Source of the DNA: a virus
Taxonomy: Duplodnaviria; Caudoviricetes
DNA: 42,163 nt
IMG/VR virus record: IMGVR_UViG_3300010362_000042
Span: 1-42,163 of that record
Strand: one strand, 5' to 3'
The number at the start of each line of letters is the position of its first letter. The stretch's first letter is position 1. The notes beneath the pieces are model-generated. The model was given only the letters and a program-made list of their open reading frames with translations. It had not been told where the DNA came from and did no database searches. A program made the translations under genes and the position numbers. Of this stretch, positions 8,790 through 15,860 are shown piece by piece.

Positions 8790-9056
8790 TTACTCGAACT
8801 TGCGGCTGAATATGAGGACTTCGTCAGCGAACCGCTCAACCTCTTTCTCGCGGCTGATGATCCACCTATAACAAGGCTTCTTAGTCTTGCGAGTCTTGTT
8901 GAGCTGGTAGATGTAGCCCCCATATAGGGCCTGAATATCCTCCAACCACTCTAGCTTAGTGTTGGTGATATGAAGCATTACGCGGACTCCCCAACCAAGG
9001 CTCATACCCCCTTCTCCATCGAAGAAGCCCGCTATCCACTGTCTACTCGGGTTCAT
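8790..9056 (-). CDS. Single-motif LAGLIDADG homing endonuclease (short)
   Basis: WIAGFFDGEG, ITNTKLEWLEDIQALYGG, KPCYRWII; SD GGAGG. Confidence 0.88.
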   Translation of the reverse strand: MNPSRQWIAGFFDGEGGMSLGWGVRVMLHITNTKLEWLEDIQALYGGYIYQLNKTRKTKKPCYRWIISREKEVERFADEVLIFSRKFE

Positions 9057-9072
9057 GGATCCTCCAAAGGAG

Positions 9073-9110
9073 TGGGGCGTTAGGCACACGTGACCATACC
9101 TAACGCCCCA
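9073..9110 (-). terminator. Intergenic stem-loop
   Basis: 12-bp perfect stem TGGGGCGTTAGG/CCTAACGCCCCA after the stop at 9137. Confidence 0.6.
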
Positions 9111-9136
9111 TCTAGTAAGCAGCCCGTCGTAACTGC

Positions 9137-9700
9137 TTACTTCTTCGCGGTCCGCTTCTTCGCGGTCCGCTTCTTGCTCGAGGACTTCTTGGCGACGGGC
9201 TCATCCTCCTCCTCGTCGTCCTCGTCGTCCTCTTCGTCCTCGTCCTCCGCCTCGCGCTTCTTGGAGACTCGCTCCTTCAGCGCGTCGAGGCGCTTCGCTC
9301 GGGACTCGGAGAGGGCTTCCTGTGCGTCCTCGATGGAATCGAACTCCATCTCCTCGAGTGCCGCGTCGACGGACGGCCACTCGTACCGGCCGTTCTCGTT
9401 CTTCTCGACCTCGTGGTCGCGAAGCATGACGCGGAGCTCACGTCCGGACACACCGAGAGCGTCGGCCAACTCAGCCGACCCGATGGTCGACTTCTCCTTC
9501 TTGGCCTTGCCCTTCTTCTTCGAGGACTTCTTGCGCTTGGTGGGCGCCTCGTCCTCGTCACCCTCCTCCTCGTCTTCGACCTCTTCGTCGACCTCGTCAG
9601 CGAGGTCTTCGAGGTCTTCGAGGTCTTCGAGCTCGTCGTCGACCTCCTCCTCGGTCTCCTCAACCTCAGGCTCGGGTGCCTTCTTGGTTCGCTTTGCCAT
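9137..9700 (-). CDS. HTH protein with alternating acidic and Lys-rich tracts (nucleoid-associated or histone-like)
   Basis: IGSAELADALGVSGRELRVMLR...GRYEW core; poly-D/E tracts; KKRTAKKRTAKK tail; SD AAAGGAGG. Confidence 0.8.
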   Translation of the reverse strand: MAKRTKKAPEPEVEETEEEVDDELEDLEDLEDLADEVDEEVEDEEEGDEDEAPTKRKKSSKKKGKAKKEKSTIGSAELADALGVSGRELRVMLRDHEVEKNENGRYEWPSVDAALEEMEFDSIEDAQEALSESRAKRLDALKERVSKKREAEDEDEEDDEDDEEEDEPVAKKSSSKKRTAKKRTAKK

Positions 9701-9747
9701 TTGTTCTACCCTCCTTTCGCTGTGGCATCTGTAGTTGCGATAGTCTA

Positions 9748-9776
9748 ATTGTATCAACCCTGGTTGCCCGTGTCAA
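9748..9776 (-). promoter_or_regulatory. SigA/sigma70-type promoter
   Basis: TTGACA-17 nt-TACAAT with TG extended -10. Confidence 0.85.
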
Positions 9777-10171
9777 CTCCACATTTCCTCCAACCGTGGT
9801 AACGGTTCAAGGTCCTTGTACTCCTTCTGGGATTCGTACTCGGCCCACAGGCGCATCTTGCCGAGGATGGCCTGCTGAAACCCGCTAAGCTTCTCGATGT
9901 GTCGGACGGTGAAATCGAGTTCTTCGAGTCCCCAGTTATCAACCTCAGGAGTGTGGTCAACACGGTGGACGAATGTGAGGCGCTCTGAAGCTGATCGGAT
10001 GACCTCGTCTGAGTCATCTGTCAAGTACTCACACTCTCCGATATGCCAGTCAATCGGCAAACGCAGCCCACTGATGGTGGGGCGAACATAGCCAGGACCG
10101 GACATGATTTCCAACATGTGGTCCCGCTCTGCTCGCAGCATGATGGGTAGGTTACTGTACTTCGCCGGCAT
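9773..10171 (-). CDS. Hypothetical protein
   Basis: 132-aa ORF packed in the operon. Confidence 0.7.
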   Translation of the reverse strand: MPAKYSNLPIMLRAERDHMLEIMSGPGYVRPTISGLRLPIDWHIGECEYLTDDSDEVIRSASERLTFVHRVDHTPEVDNWGLEELDFTVRHIEKLSGFQQAILGKMRLWAEYESQKEYKDLEPLPRLEEMWS

Positions 10172-10173
10172 GG

Positions 10174-10896
10174 TTAGCCTTGTTCGAGCCTGGCGATATC
10201 CTGGACAAGAGCCATGATCGCGTCGTGGTCCTTCTCATCCTTGTAGATCATCTGCATCGTGTCCAACGCCAACTGTGGTAGCTTGACGGGACCCTTGTAT
10301 CCAGGATTAGAGGTCTCTACCTCGATCTCCTTCGGCTCGTTCTTCTCTTGCACGATGGCTCTCTCCATCTCGGGAATGACGCCGTCGTTCCGCTTGATCG
10401 CACTGACTGCTGCAGTCATGTAGCGATAGCTGAGGTTGCTGAGCATGTTGCCACTTAGGAACTTGCTCATTACGCCCTGCGGATGACTTGGGACGGGAAT
10501 GCCGTGCTCAGCCGCCCAGCGATCCGCGAAGTGGTAGATGTCCGCTTGGGTTAGGTTGCCCTTCTCCATCAGGGCAACGACCTCCCCACGAAGGGCATCT
10601 GAGTAGACCTTCAGCTCGGTTCTCTTGAGCTTCAGCACCTCACCGCGTCCGTTGTCCCGCTTCACCACTCTCGCAGCAGGCTGTGGTAGAACGCCGGCTT
10701 CTCGGAGTTGTGCTACCGCGTTCTTCAGGCCGCGGGGATCGCTTGGAGTCGAGGGGAACCTTAGTGGTGTGCCACCTCGATACCTCACTACATCGCCCTT
10801 GGGAGTCAGAACCTCCCAGTGGCCATCTGGTGTCTTGCGGGTGTCGTAGCCCTCGCGGTGAATGCGGTCTCTTAACTGTTGGACTTCACTCGCCAT
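10174..10896 (-). CDS. HicA-like domain fused to a putative XRE-like HTH
   Basis: GYDTRKTPDGHWEV...FPSTPSDPRGLKNAVAQLREAG; LMEKGNLTQADI...QGVMSKFLSG. Confidence 0.65.
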   Translation of the reverse strand: MASEVQQLRDRIHREGYDTRKTPDGHWEVLTPKGDVVRYRGGTPLRFPSTPSDPRGLKNAVAQLREAGVLPQPAARVVKRDNGRGEVLKLKRTELKVYSDALRGEVVALMEKGNLTQADIYHFADRWAAEHGIPVPSHPQGVMSKFLSGNMLSNLSYRYMTAAVSAIKRNDGVIPEMERAIVQEKNEPKEIEVETSNPGYKGPVKLPQLALDTMQMIYKDEKDHDAIMALVQDIARLEQG

Positions 10897-10900
10897 CTCA

Positions 10901-11161
10901 TCACCTCCTCTCTTCCCTTAGTCGTCTGTACCACCCGGAGTTGAAAATCTTTCGTCTCATCCACCTATCAGCTCTATCTGCTTCGATGTGGCATTGGTGG
11001 CAGAGCTCCTCGTAGTCTTCCTTGTTCTTGGTATGAGGAGCGGGAGACCATAAGAAAGCCCACTCAGTGGGCCCTTCTTTGCCGCAGTTCTCACAGATGT
11101 ACGTTCGCTGACGGTGGGCCTTGATCCAGTTGTGGATCCGGTCTTTCTCTGCCTTATCCGT
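10901..11161 (-). CDS. HNH-like Zn-binding nuclease (probable ACG start; absent from ORF track)
   Basis: TDKAEKDRIHNWIKAHRQRTYICENCGKEGPTEWA...DYEELCHQCHIEAD; fills the gap exactly; no ATG/GTG/TTG before the domain. Confidence 0.75.
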   Translation of the reverse strand, partial: TDKAEKDRIHNWIKAHRQRTYICENCGKEGPTEWAFLWSPAPHTKNKEDYEELCHQCHIEADRADRWMRRKIFNSGWYRRLREERR

Positions 11162-11318
11162 AGATCCTCTCTCTTTCCTTGTCGCTCAAGAGTTCCGCAT
11201 GCTGCGAGCTGTCGATTTCTCCCATGTCTACGAGCATATGGGCTGCTGCGTCTTGGTCTTCTGCGAGCCCCTCGATCACGAGCTCTTGACAGGCGATGAA
11301 GGCTTCGTCGTCTGTCAC
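11154..11318 (-). CDS. Hypothetical protein
   Basis: GTG at 11318 in a GTGA overlap. Confidence 0.6.
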   Translation of the reverse strand: MTDDEAFIACQELVIEGLAEDQDAAAHMLVDMGEIDSSQHAELLSDKERERIYG

Positions 11319-11575
11319 TCGCTCACCATGTGGTCGAGTGCTCTCAGTGACTCGGGCATGATCGCCTCGGTGTTGTCGACTGTCCCGCGGAAGTACTTGT
11401 TCTTCATCTCCGTTCGACAGTCCCCGCACAGGTGAGCCTTGACCGGGACGCGAGGGACTGACTCCCTGTCGTCGTCCCACTCTTCCAGCTGCACCCGCTT
11501 GATGGTCTTGCCCGCCTTCGAGCCTTCGTTCAGCTCCTCGGCGACCTTGCAACCATCGCAGATGATTTGGAGCAT
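11315..11575 (-). CDS. Small Zn-binding protein
   Basis: ICDGC...HLCGDC; TAATG overlap, SD GGAGG. Confidence 0.7.
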   Translation of the reverse strand: MLQIICDGCKVAEELNEGSKAGKTIKRVQLEEWDDDRESVPRVPVKAHLCGDCRTEMKNKYFRGTVDNTEAIMPESLRALDHMVSE

Positions 11576-11820
11576 TATTCCTCCATCGCTTCGTTGACTG
11601 CCTCGTCGAGCTTGTCGACCAGGTCCTTCATCTTGCTGACGTCTTCGAGTTTCAGGGAGATCCCCTTCTTGGTGGGGCGGTAATCGTCCTCACCCTCGAA
11701 GTCCGCGTAGATCCGAATGTTGGCTCGCGTTTTACCCTTGAACTCACCAATGGTAGCGCGAACCTCCTCGAATCCCGACTTCTGGAACCGTGCGATGATG
11801 TGGTCTTCGTCCTTACTCAT
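11575..11820 (-). CDS. PC4/YdbC-family ssDNA-binding protein (coactivator p15-like)
   Basis: EEVRATIGEFKGK...IRIY...RPTKKGISL signature. Confidence 0.88.
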   Translation of the reverse strand: MSKDEDHIIARFQKSGFEEVRATIGEFKGKTRANIRIYADFEGEDDYRPTKKGISLKLEDVSKMKDLVDKLDEAVNEAMEE

Positions 11821-12028
11821 CGCTTCCGAAGAACGAGTTCTGGCACTTCTGACACAACCCGGAGATTGCGTACTCCCTCCGCGATGCCTCGTCCTCGAAC
11901 TCGACTGCCGGCCCACCGCATCCTACCGGAGCGGGGACACAACGGTCGTTGGTGATTGCGGAGGTTCTCCCGAACTCGTCCTCGAGGAACTTCTCAATCG
12001 CTGGGGACTTTTCTGTCGGCTCGGCCAT
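11813..12028 (-). CDS. Conserved phage Cys-containing protein
   Basis: EFEDEASRREYAISGLCQKCQNSFFG pattern; SD AAAGGAGGTGA. Confidence 0.75.
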   Translation of the reverse strand: MAEPTEKSPAIEKFLEDEFGRTSAITNDRCVPAPVGCGGPAVEFEDEASRREYAISGLCQKCQNSFFGSDE

Positions 12029-12060
12029 CTTTCACCTCCTTTCGCGTGTTGTTATGCCTC

Positions 12061-12117
12061 ATTATCGCATTCCCGGAGCTGCCTGTCAACTGCTTGGTGT
12101 TGACCTGGTGTTAAGGG
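12061..12117 (-). promoter_or_regulatory. Early promoter with upstream direct-repeat boxes
   Basis: TTGACA-17-GATAAT; TTAACA and TCAACA at 11-bp period upstream. Confidence 0.8.
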
Positions 12118-12701
12118 TTGCGATTGGTAGCCTCGGTCATGTGCTTCTGAACGGAGGCCGCGAAGGCACCTGAGAGTGCGAGTGCCTGTGGAATGTCGTG
12201 CTCGGGAGACCGTGCCTTGATCGCCTCCCCGTACGCCCACCGGGACATTGACTCCAACTGCTTCCAGTGATCCTGTGGGGTGCTCTTGTACTCACCGTCG
12301 TTCCAGATGAACTGCCAACTCGTGTCAGCCTCCTGAAGTACCCAGGAGATCCATTCATCTGGGAACTGAACGAGACCGAGGAGCTCCATCGTGTTGAGCT
12401 CGTCGACCACACCACAGTACAGGTGGAGGAAATAAGGCATCTCAGTGCCGAGCATCTTGTAGACCCATGCCTGTGCACCGTAGACATACGACGCCCAATC
12501 CTCTGCCGTCGTGGTGTTGTCCTCCTCGCCCTTTGACCATTCCCACAACCAAGAGGCGTTGATGTCCAGCACCCTCTGTGCTACACCTTCGACCACCTGC
12601 TTGTCGATCCCGCATGTCTCTTGGACGAAGATACCACAGTCCTCCTCCTTGAGGTACTCAGAGAACTGCTGCTTCTCTGGGGTTGCAACTACCGTTTCCA
12701 T
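12111..12701 (-). CDS. Hypothetical acidic, Trp-rich protein
   Basis: ATG 12701 after AGGAGGTGA. Confidence 0.75.
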   Translation of the reverse strand: METVVATPEKQQFSEYLKEEDCGIFVQETCGIDKQVVEGVAQRVLDINASWLWEWSKGEEDNTTTAEDWASYVYGAQAWVYKMLGTEMPYFLHLYCGVVDELNTMELLGLVQFPDEWISWVLQEADTSWQFIWNDGEYKSTPQDHWKQLESMSRWAYGEAIKARSPEHDIPQALALSGAFAASVQKHMTEATNRNP

Positions 12702-12730
12702 ATTCACCTCCTCTCGTCAGTAGTTCATCA

Positions 12731-12757
12731 CTCCCCCAGCACCGCATACTGGGGGAG
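12731..12757 (-). terminator. Intergenic stem-loop
   Basis: CTCCCCCAG/CTGGGGGAG stem, extendable to 12720-12768. Confidence 0.55.
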
Positions 12758-12764
12758 CAATCAA

Positions 12765-13007
12765 CTACCAGCGGCGATGAAGATTGTTCTGCCTCATCCA
12801 CTCGCGGGCAGCTATTATTGCTTCGTCTTCGTTGAGCGGCTTCGGCTCAGGCAGTATCATCCAGTACGCTGCGTAGACTGATTGCCAGAGGCAAAACGGT
12901 CCGAACACGAACCAGAAGTACCACGGTGAGTTGAACAGCCATAAGTAGCCTGCCCACCCGACTGCCCCTACAATCCCGAGGACAAAGCGCCATTGTTCAT
13001 GGCTCAT
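12765..13007 (-). CDS. Small membrane protein (two predicted TM helices)
   Basis: FVLGIVGAVGWAGYLWLF and WYFWFVFGPFCLWQSVYAAYWMIL; SD GAGGAGG. Confidence 0.75.
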   Translation of the reverse strand: MSHEQWRFVLGIVGAVGWAGYLWLFNSPWYFWFVFGPFCLWQSVYAAYWMILPEPKPLNEDEAIIAAREWMRQNNLHRRW

Positions 13008-13022
13008 TGTGCCTCCTCGGAA

Positions 13023-13469
13023 TTAGGCGAAGAGGATTGCGATCCTGGTGATGTGATCTACCGAGACCGCCTTCCACTCGGGTTTGTCAGAGTCCATCGA
13101 AGGGAACTCCTCCACCTCGATGAACTTCCACGCGCCGAAGCGGTTCGTGTAGTCACGAGGCTGAACACTGTACGACTCGGGCCATCTGAACGTATCCGCC
13201 CACTTCTCGAGGTCGTCGTCCTCGTCGAGAGCGGTTCCTAGCGTCCATGTTCGACCGCCAAGGAACGCCTCTACCGTGATTCGCCAGTCCCAGTCGCTCG
13301 TGTGCTCGAGCTCACCCATCTCACGCACCATGCTGTACACCATGAGCAAGTCGGACACCATCATGACCCGCTGTGTGTGATCCCACTCAGGCTTGAAGAG
13401 ATGAATGCCGACGATCAGGTCCGCCATCTTGAGTGACATCTGATCGCCATCTAGTTCGATCTTCTCCAC
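13023..13469 (-). CDS. Hypothetical protein
   Basis: GTG after GGAGGTGA. Confidence 0.75.
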   Translation of the reverse strand: MEKIELDGDQMSLKMADLIVGIHLFKPEWDHTQRVMMVSDLLMVYSMVREMGELEHTSDWDWRITVEAFLGGRTWTLGTALDEDDDLEKWADTFRWPESYSVQPRDYTNRFGAWKFIEVEEFPSMDSDKPEWKAVSVDHITRIAILFA

Positions 13470-13519
13470 TTTCTCACCTCCCTTCTATCTACTCGGTAGC
13501 CGTGGTTGTCCTTACGTGC

Positions 13520-13798
13520 TTACGGCCAGTTCGGTGTTAGACCGTGTCGAGCCTTGACGTGTGCAAGAGCCGCAGTGAGGGGATCCTCGATCGTCTCCTG
13601 GATCTCATCGCTCTCGAGTGCCCCCAGCATGGCGTGTGCACCAGCGAGAAACATCGCCTTCGAGGTGTATCGTTCCTCATCGGATTCGATGACCTCGGGG
13701 TTATGAATCTCACAGTCCGGGTCCGTGCAGACACGCTCCGCGTCGTCCAAAACGTGCTGCAGGTTCCGCTGACCTACTGTGATTCCCTCATTACTCAC
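13520..13798 (-). CDS. Hypothetical protein
   Basis: GTG after AAAGGAGGTGA; CTDPDCEIH motif. Confidence 0.72.
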   Translation of the reverse strand: MSNEGITVGQRNLQHVLDDAERVCTDPDCEIHNPEVIESDEERYTSKAMFLAGAHAMLGALESDEIQETIEDPLTAALAHVKARHGLTPNWP

Positions 13799-13828
13799 CT
13801 ATCTCACCTCCTTTCATCTCATAGCCTC

Positions 13829-13861
13829 AAGGCGTGCGAGTTGCGGTTTCTCGCACACCTT
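13829..13861 (-). terminator. Intergenic stem-loop
   Basis: AAGGTGTGCGAG/CTCGCACGCCTT 12-bp stem with one G-U on the minus strand. Confidence 0.55.
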
Positions 13862-13866
13862 CAGTG

Positions 13867-14085
13867 CTACGTGACCTTCTTGACGATGCTCTTAATGACT
13901 ACGGGTCGCAACCACACTGCCCGCTCATCATGCGGATTGTAGTACATGGGGTTCCGATCCGCGCGCATCTTCTTGTTGCGCCACGTCCCTCGCAACTTCC
14001 TGGGGGGCTTATGCACTACGTGCCATGTCGGACTTTGTTGCTCGGGTTCTTCGTTCGCCCAGGCGTTGAGTTCGGCGAGGTTCAT
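13867..14085 (-). CDS. Hypothetical basic protein
   Basis: ATG 14085 in an ATGA overlap with the upstream Zn-finger gene. Confidence 0.65.
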   Translation of the reverse strand: MNLAELNAWANEEPEQQSPTWHVVHKPPRKLRGTWRNKKMRADRNPMYYNPHDERAVWLRPVVIKSIVKKVT

Positions 14086-14237
14086 CGCATCGAGGATAGA
14101 CAGTGACGACACGAGTAGATCGTTTTTCCATTGCGCCTGAAAGACACATCGGTCTTACGTCCGCATGACCCACAACCCGGGGTCTCACGAACCAAACGAC
14201 CAATCCGTGCCCTGCCTGTCTCGTTTCGCTTTTGCAC
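14082..14237 (-). CDS. 51-aa Zn-finger protein (absent from ORF track)
   Basis: GTG after AAAGGAGGTGA; MQKRNETG...CGSCG...CRHC. Confidence 0.7.
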   Translation of the reverse strand: MQKRNETGRARIGRLVRETPGCGSCGRKTDVSFRRNGKTIYSCRHCLSSMR

Positions 14238-14287
14238 CCGCTTCACCTCCTTTCATCCCTCGTTCCGTGCATGAATCGACATACCCT

Positions 14288-14352
14288 ATTATCGCATTCC
14301 GGGTTCCTCTTATCAACTGCTGGGTATTAACCAGGCGTTAAGGGTTTGTAAA
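14288..14352 (-). promoter_or_regulatory. Early promoter with three direct-repeat boxes
   Basis: TTGATA-17-GATAAT; TTTACA, TTAACG, TTAATA at 11-bp period. Confidence 0.8.
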
Positions 14353-14444
14353 AGAGAACTTTGGCATGAGTAGCCATATAGAGGCCGTGGATCGCGAAGA
14401 GCACCGGCACCCTGTGGTGATGTTCTATTTGGCCACATGCTCCC

Positions 14445-14481
14445 ACAAGAAAAGGGTGCCCGCAAGATCGCAGGCACCCTT
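14445..14481 (-). terminator. Intrinsic terminator
   Basis: AAGGGTGCC/GGCACCCTT stem followed by TTCTTGT on the minus strand. Confidence 0.7.
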
Positions 14482-14506
14482 ATCTCGTCGCGTCCGAGCG
14501 AGGGAG

Positions 14507-14803
14507 CTAGGCGTTGTCAGACACCTCCTCAAGCTCCTCAGCGTCCTCGTCCTCCGAGGGGCTGAAGTGCCTGATGGCGGCCTCGGCTGCCTCCGCCGGA
14601 ACGTCCCACGACTTGCCGTGCATCGCCTTCGGCCGCGTGTAGTTCGCTCGGAGCCAACCGCGAATCGCCTTCGGATCCGCGCCCGTCGCCTCTGCGATGT
14701 CCGCAGGGGTGATCGGCTTGCGCGTCTCCTCCTCGGTCGTCTCGGTCTCGTCGACCTCGATGACCTCGGGCTCTTCGACTGCTGTGTTGTCCTTCCGTGC
14801 CAT
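14507..14803 (-). CDS. HTH protein with acidic flanks
   Basis: ITPADIAEATGADPKAIRGWLRANYTRP...HGKSW; SD AAAGGAGG. Confidence 0.8.
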   Translation of the reverse strand: MARKDNTAVEEPEVIEVDETETTEEETRKPITPADIAEATGADPKAIRGWLRANYTRPKAMHGKSWDVPAEAAEAAIRHFSPSEDEDAEELEEVSDNA

Positions 14804-14900
14804 GTTAACCTCCTTTCTCATCGTTGGCACAAGGCGGGATCCGATGACCGCGTCACCTGCGATCCCACGTTCTGCCTGCCCCGTTCATGTGCATACAGCT

Positions 14901-14946
14901 ATCGTATCACACCGGGAACCACCACACAACTTCCTGGTGTTAAGGG
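14901..14946 (-). promoter_or_regulatory. Early promoter with upstream box
   Basis: TTGTGT-17-TACGAT with TG extension; CCCTTAACACC box 6 nt above the -35. Confidence 0.7.
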
Positions 14947-15036
14947 TTAGTGACCACCGAAATTGCCCCATGCCCAGGGCCAGAACTCCGTGAGGAACCA
15001 GTAGAAGTATGATGGGAACCAACTGCTGGTGTGCAT
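14947..15036 (-). CDS. 29-aa aromatic-rich microprotein (absent from ORF track)
   Basis: AAAGGAGG-TACC-ATG; MHTSSWFPSYFYWFLTEFWPWAWGNFGGH. Confidence 0.65.
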   Translation of the reverse strand: MHTSSWFPSYFYWFLTEFWPWAWGNFGGH

Positions 15037-15055
15037 GGTACCTCCTTTCGTCTGA

Positions 15056-15093
15056 TAGACACAAGGCAGCCCAATTGGGCTACCTTCTGTCTA
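15056..15093 (-). terminator. Intergenic stem-loop
   Basis: TAGACA-g-AAGGTAGCCC-aatt-GGGCTGCCTT-g-TGTCTA on the minus strand. Confidence 0.55.
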
Positions 15094-15405
15094 ACTGATG
15101 AACCTGATGCGGCTGTGCAGCTGATCGACACCCCAGCGACAAGCGTCCGCCGAGGGATATGTGATCCTCTCGGTGTCTCGTTCTCGGTGTCCGACGTGCG
15201 GGTCGAGACAGTAGTCGAATCCCTTGTCCGCAATAGCTTGCAGGACTTGATCCGCATCAGCCTCGAATCCAAGAGCGTAGAGAACTTCACGCGCTGACAG
15301 GTACTTGTACTCCGAAATGCCAGCCTTGTACTGGTCTACCTGATCCTTCGTGAAACTCTCCATCTGCTTGATCGCTTCCTTGACCTGATCGTCTGTAAGG
15401 CTCAT
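15091..15405 (-). CDS. Hypothetical protein
   Basis: ATG after AAGGAGGTGA. Confidence 0.75.
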   Translation of the reverse strand: MSLTDDQVKEAIKQMESFTKDQVDQYKAGISEYKYLSAREVLYALGFEADADQVLQAIADKGFDYCLDPHVGHRERDTERITYPSADACRWGVDQLHSRIRFIS

Positions 15406-15448
15406 TCCTATTCACCTCCTTCCATCTGTGGGAGCCATTAAGCATCGC

Positions 15449-15479
15449 GCACCCCATGACTTCGAATCTCATGGGGTGC
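15449..15479 (-). terminator. Intergenic stem-loop
   Basis: GCACCCCATGA/TCATGGGGTGC 11-bp perfect stem. Confidence 0.55.
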
Positions 15480-15486
15480 ATGCTGC

Positions 15487-15672
15487 TTACGCTGCCTTGC
15501 AGTCGTCGAGCATCCTCTCGATCACTGACGCGCCTGACGGCACAAAGACTGTGCGCCTTTCGCCTGTTTCCGGCACGGTGTAATCGACTTCGTGTCCGAC
15601 GTAGCTGTTGAACTCAACAACTCGACGGAAGTCGCTGCTCATCTGATACTTCTCACCGAATGTCTGCATCAT
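15487..15672 (-). CDS. Hypothetical protein
   Basis: ATG after AAAGGAGGTGAGG, directly below a promoter. Confidence 0.7.
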   Translation of the reverse strand: MMQTFGEKYQMSSDFRRVVEFNSYVGHEVDYTVPETGERRTVFVPSGASVIERMLDDCKAA

Positions 15673-15716
15673 CCTCACCTCCTTTCGTTCTGTCCGTGAT
15701 TCGCGTTGCATGCCCC

Positions 15717-15784
15717 ATTTTAACGATCCAGGAGCCACCAGTCAACTTCTGGGCGTTAAGGGAATGTAAACGTGGTGTTAAGGG
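15717..15784 (-). promoter_or_regulatory. Early promoter with three direct-repeat boxes
   Basis: TTGACT-17-TAAAAT; TTAACA, TTTACA, TTAACG at 11-bp period. Confidence 0.82.
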
Positions 15785-15860
15785 TTAATGATGGAGAACC
15801 TGTAGTTCCCTAGGGGACTCAGACTCGTTAAGTGCCAAGGGACATGATATAGTCCACACT

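Noticed and set aside
9090-9734. 214-aa Ser-rich plus-strand ORF
   Set aside because: Antisense shadow of the Glu/Asp-rich gene
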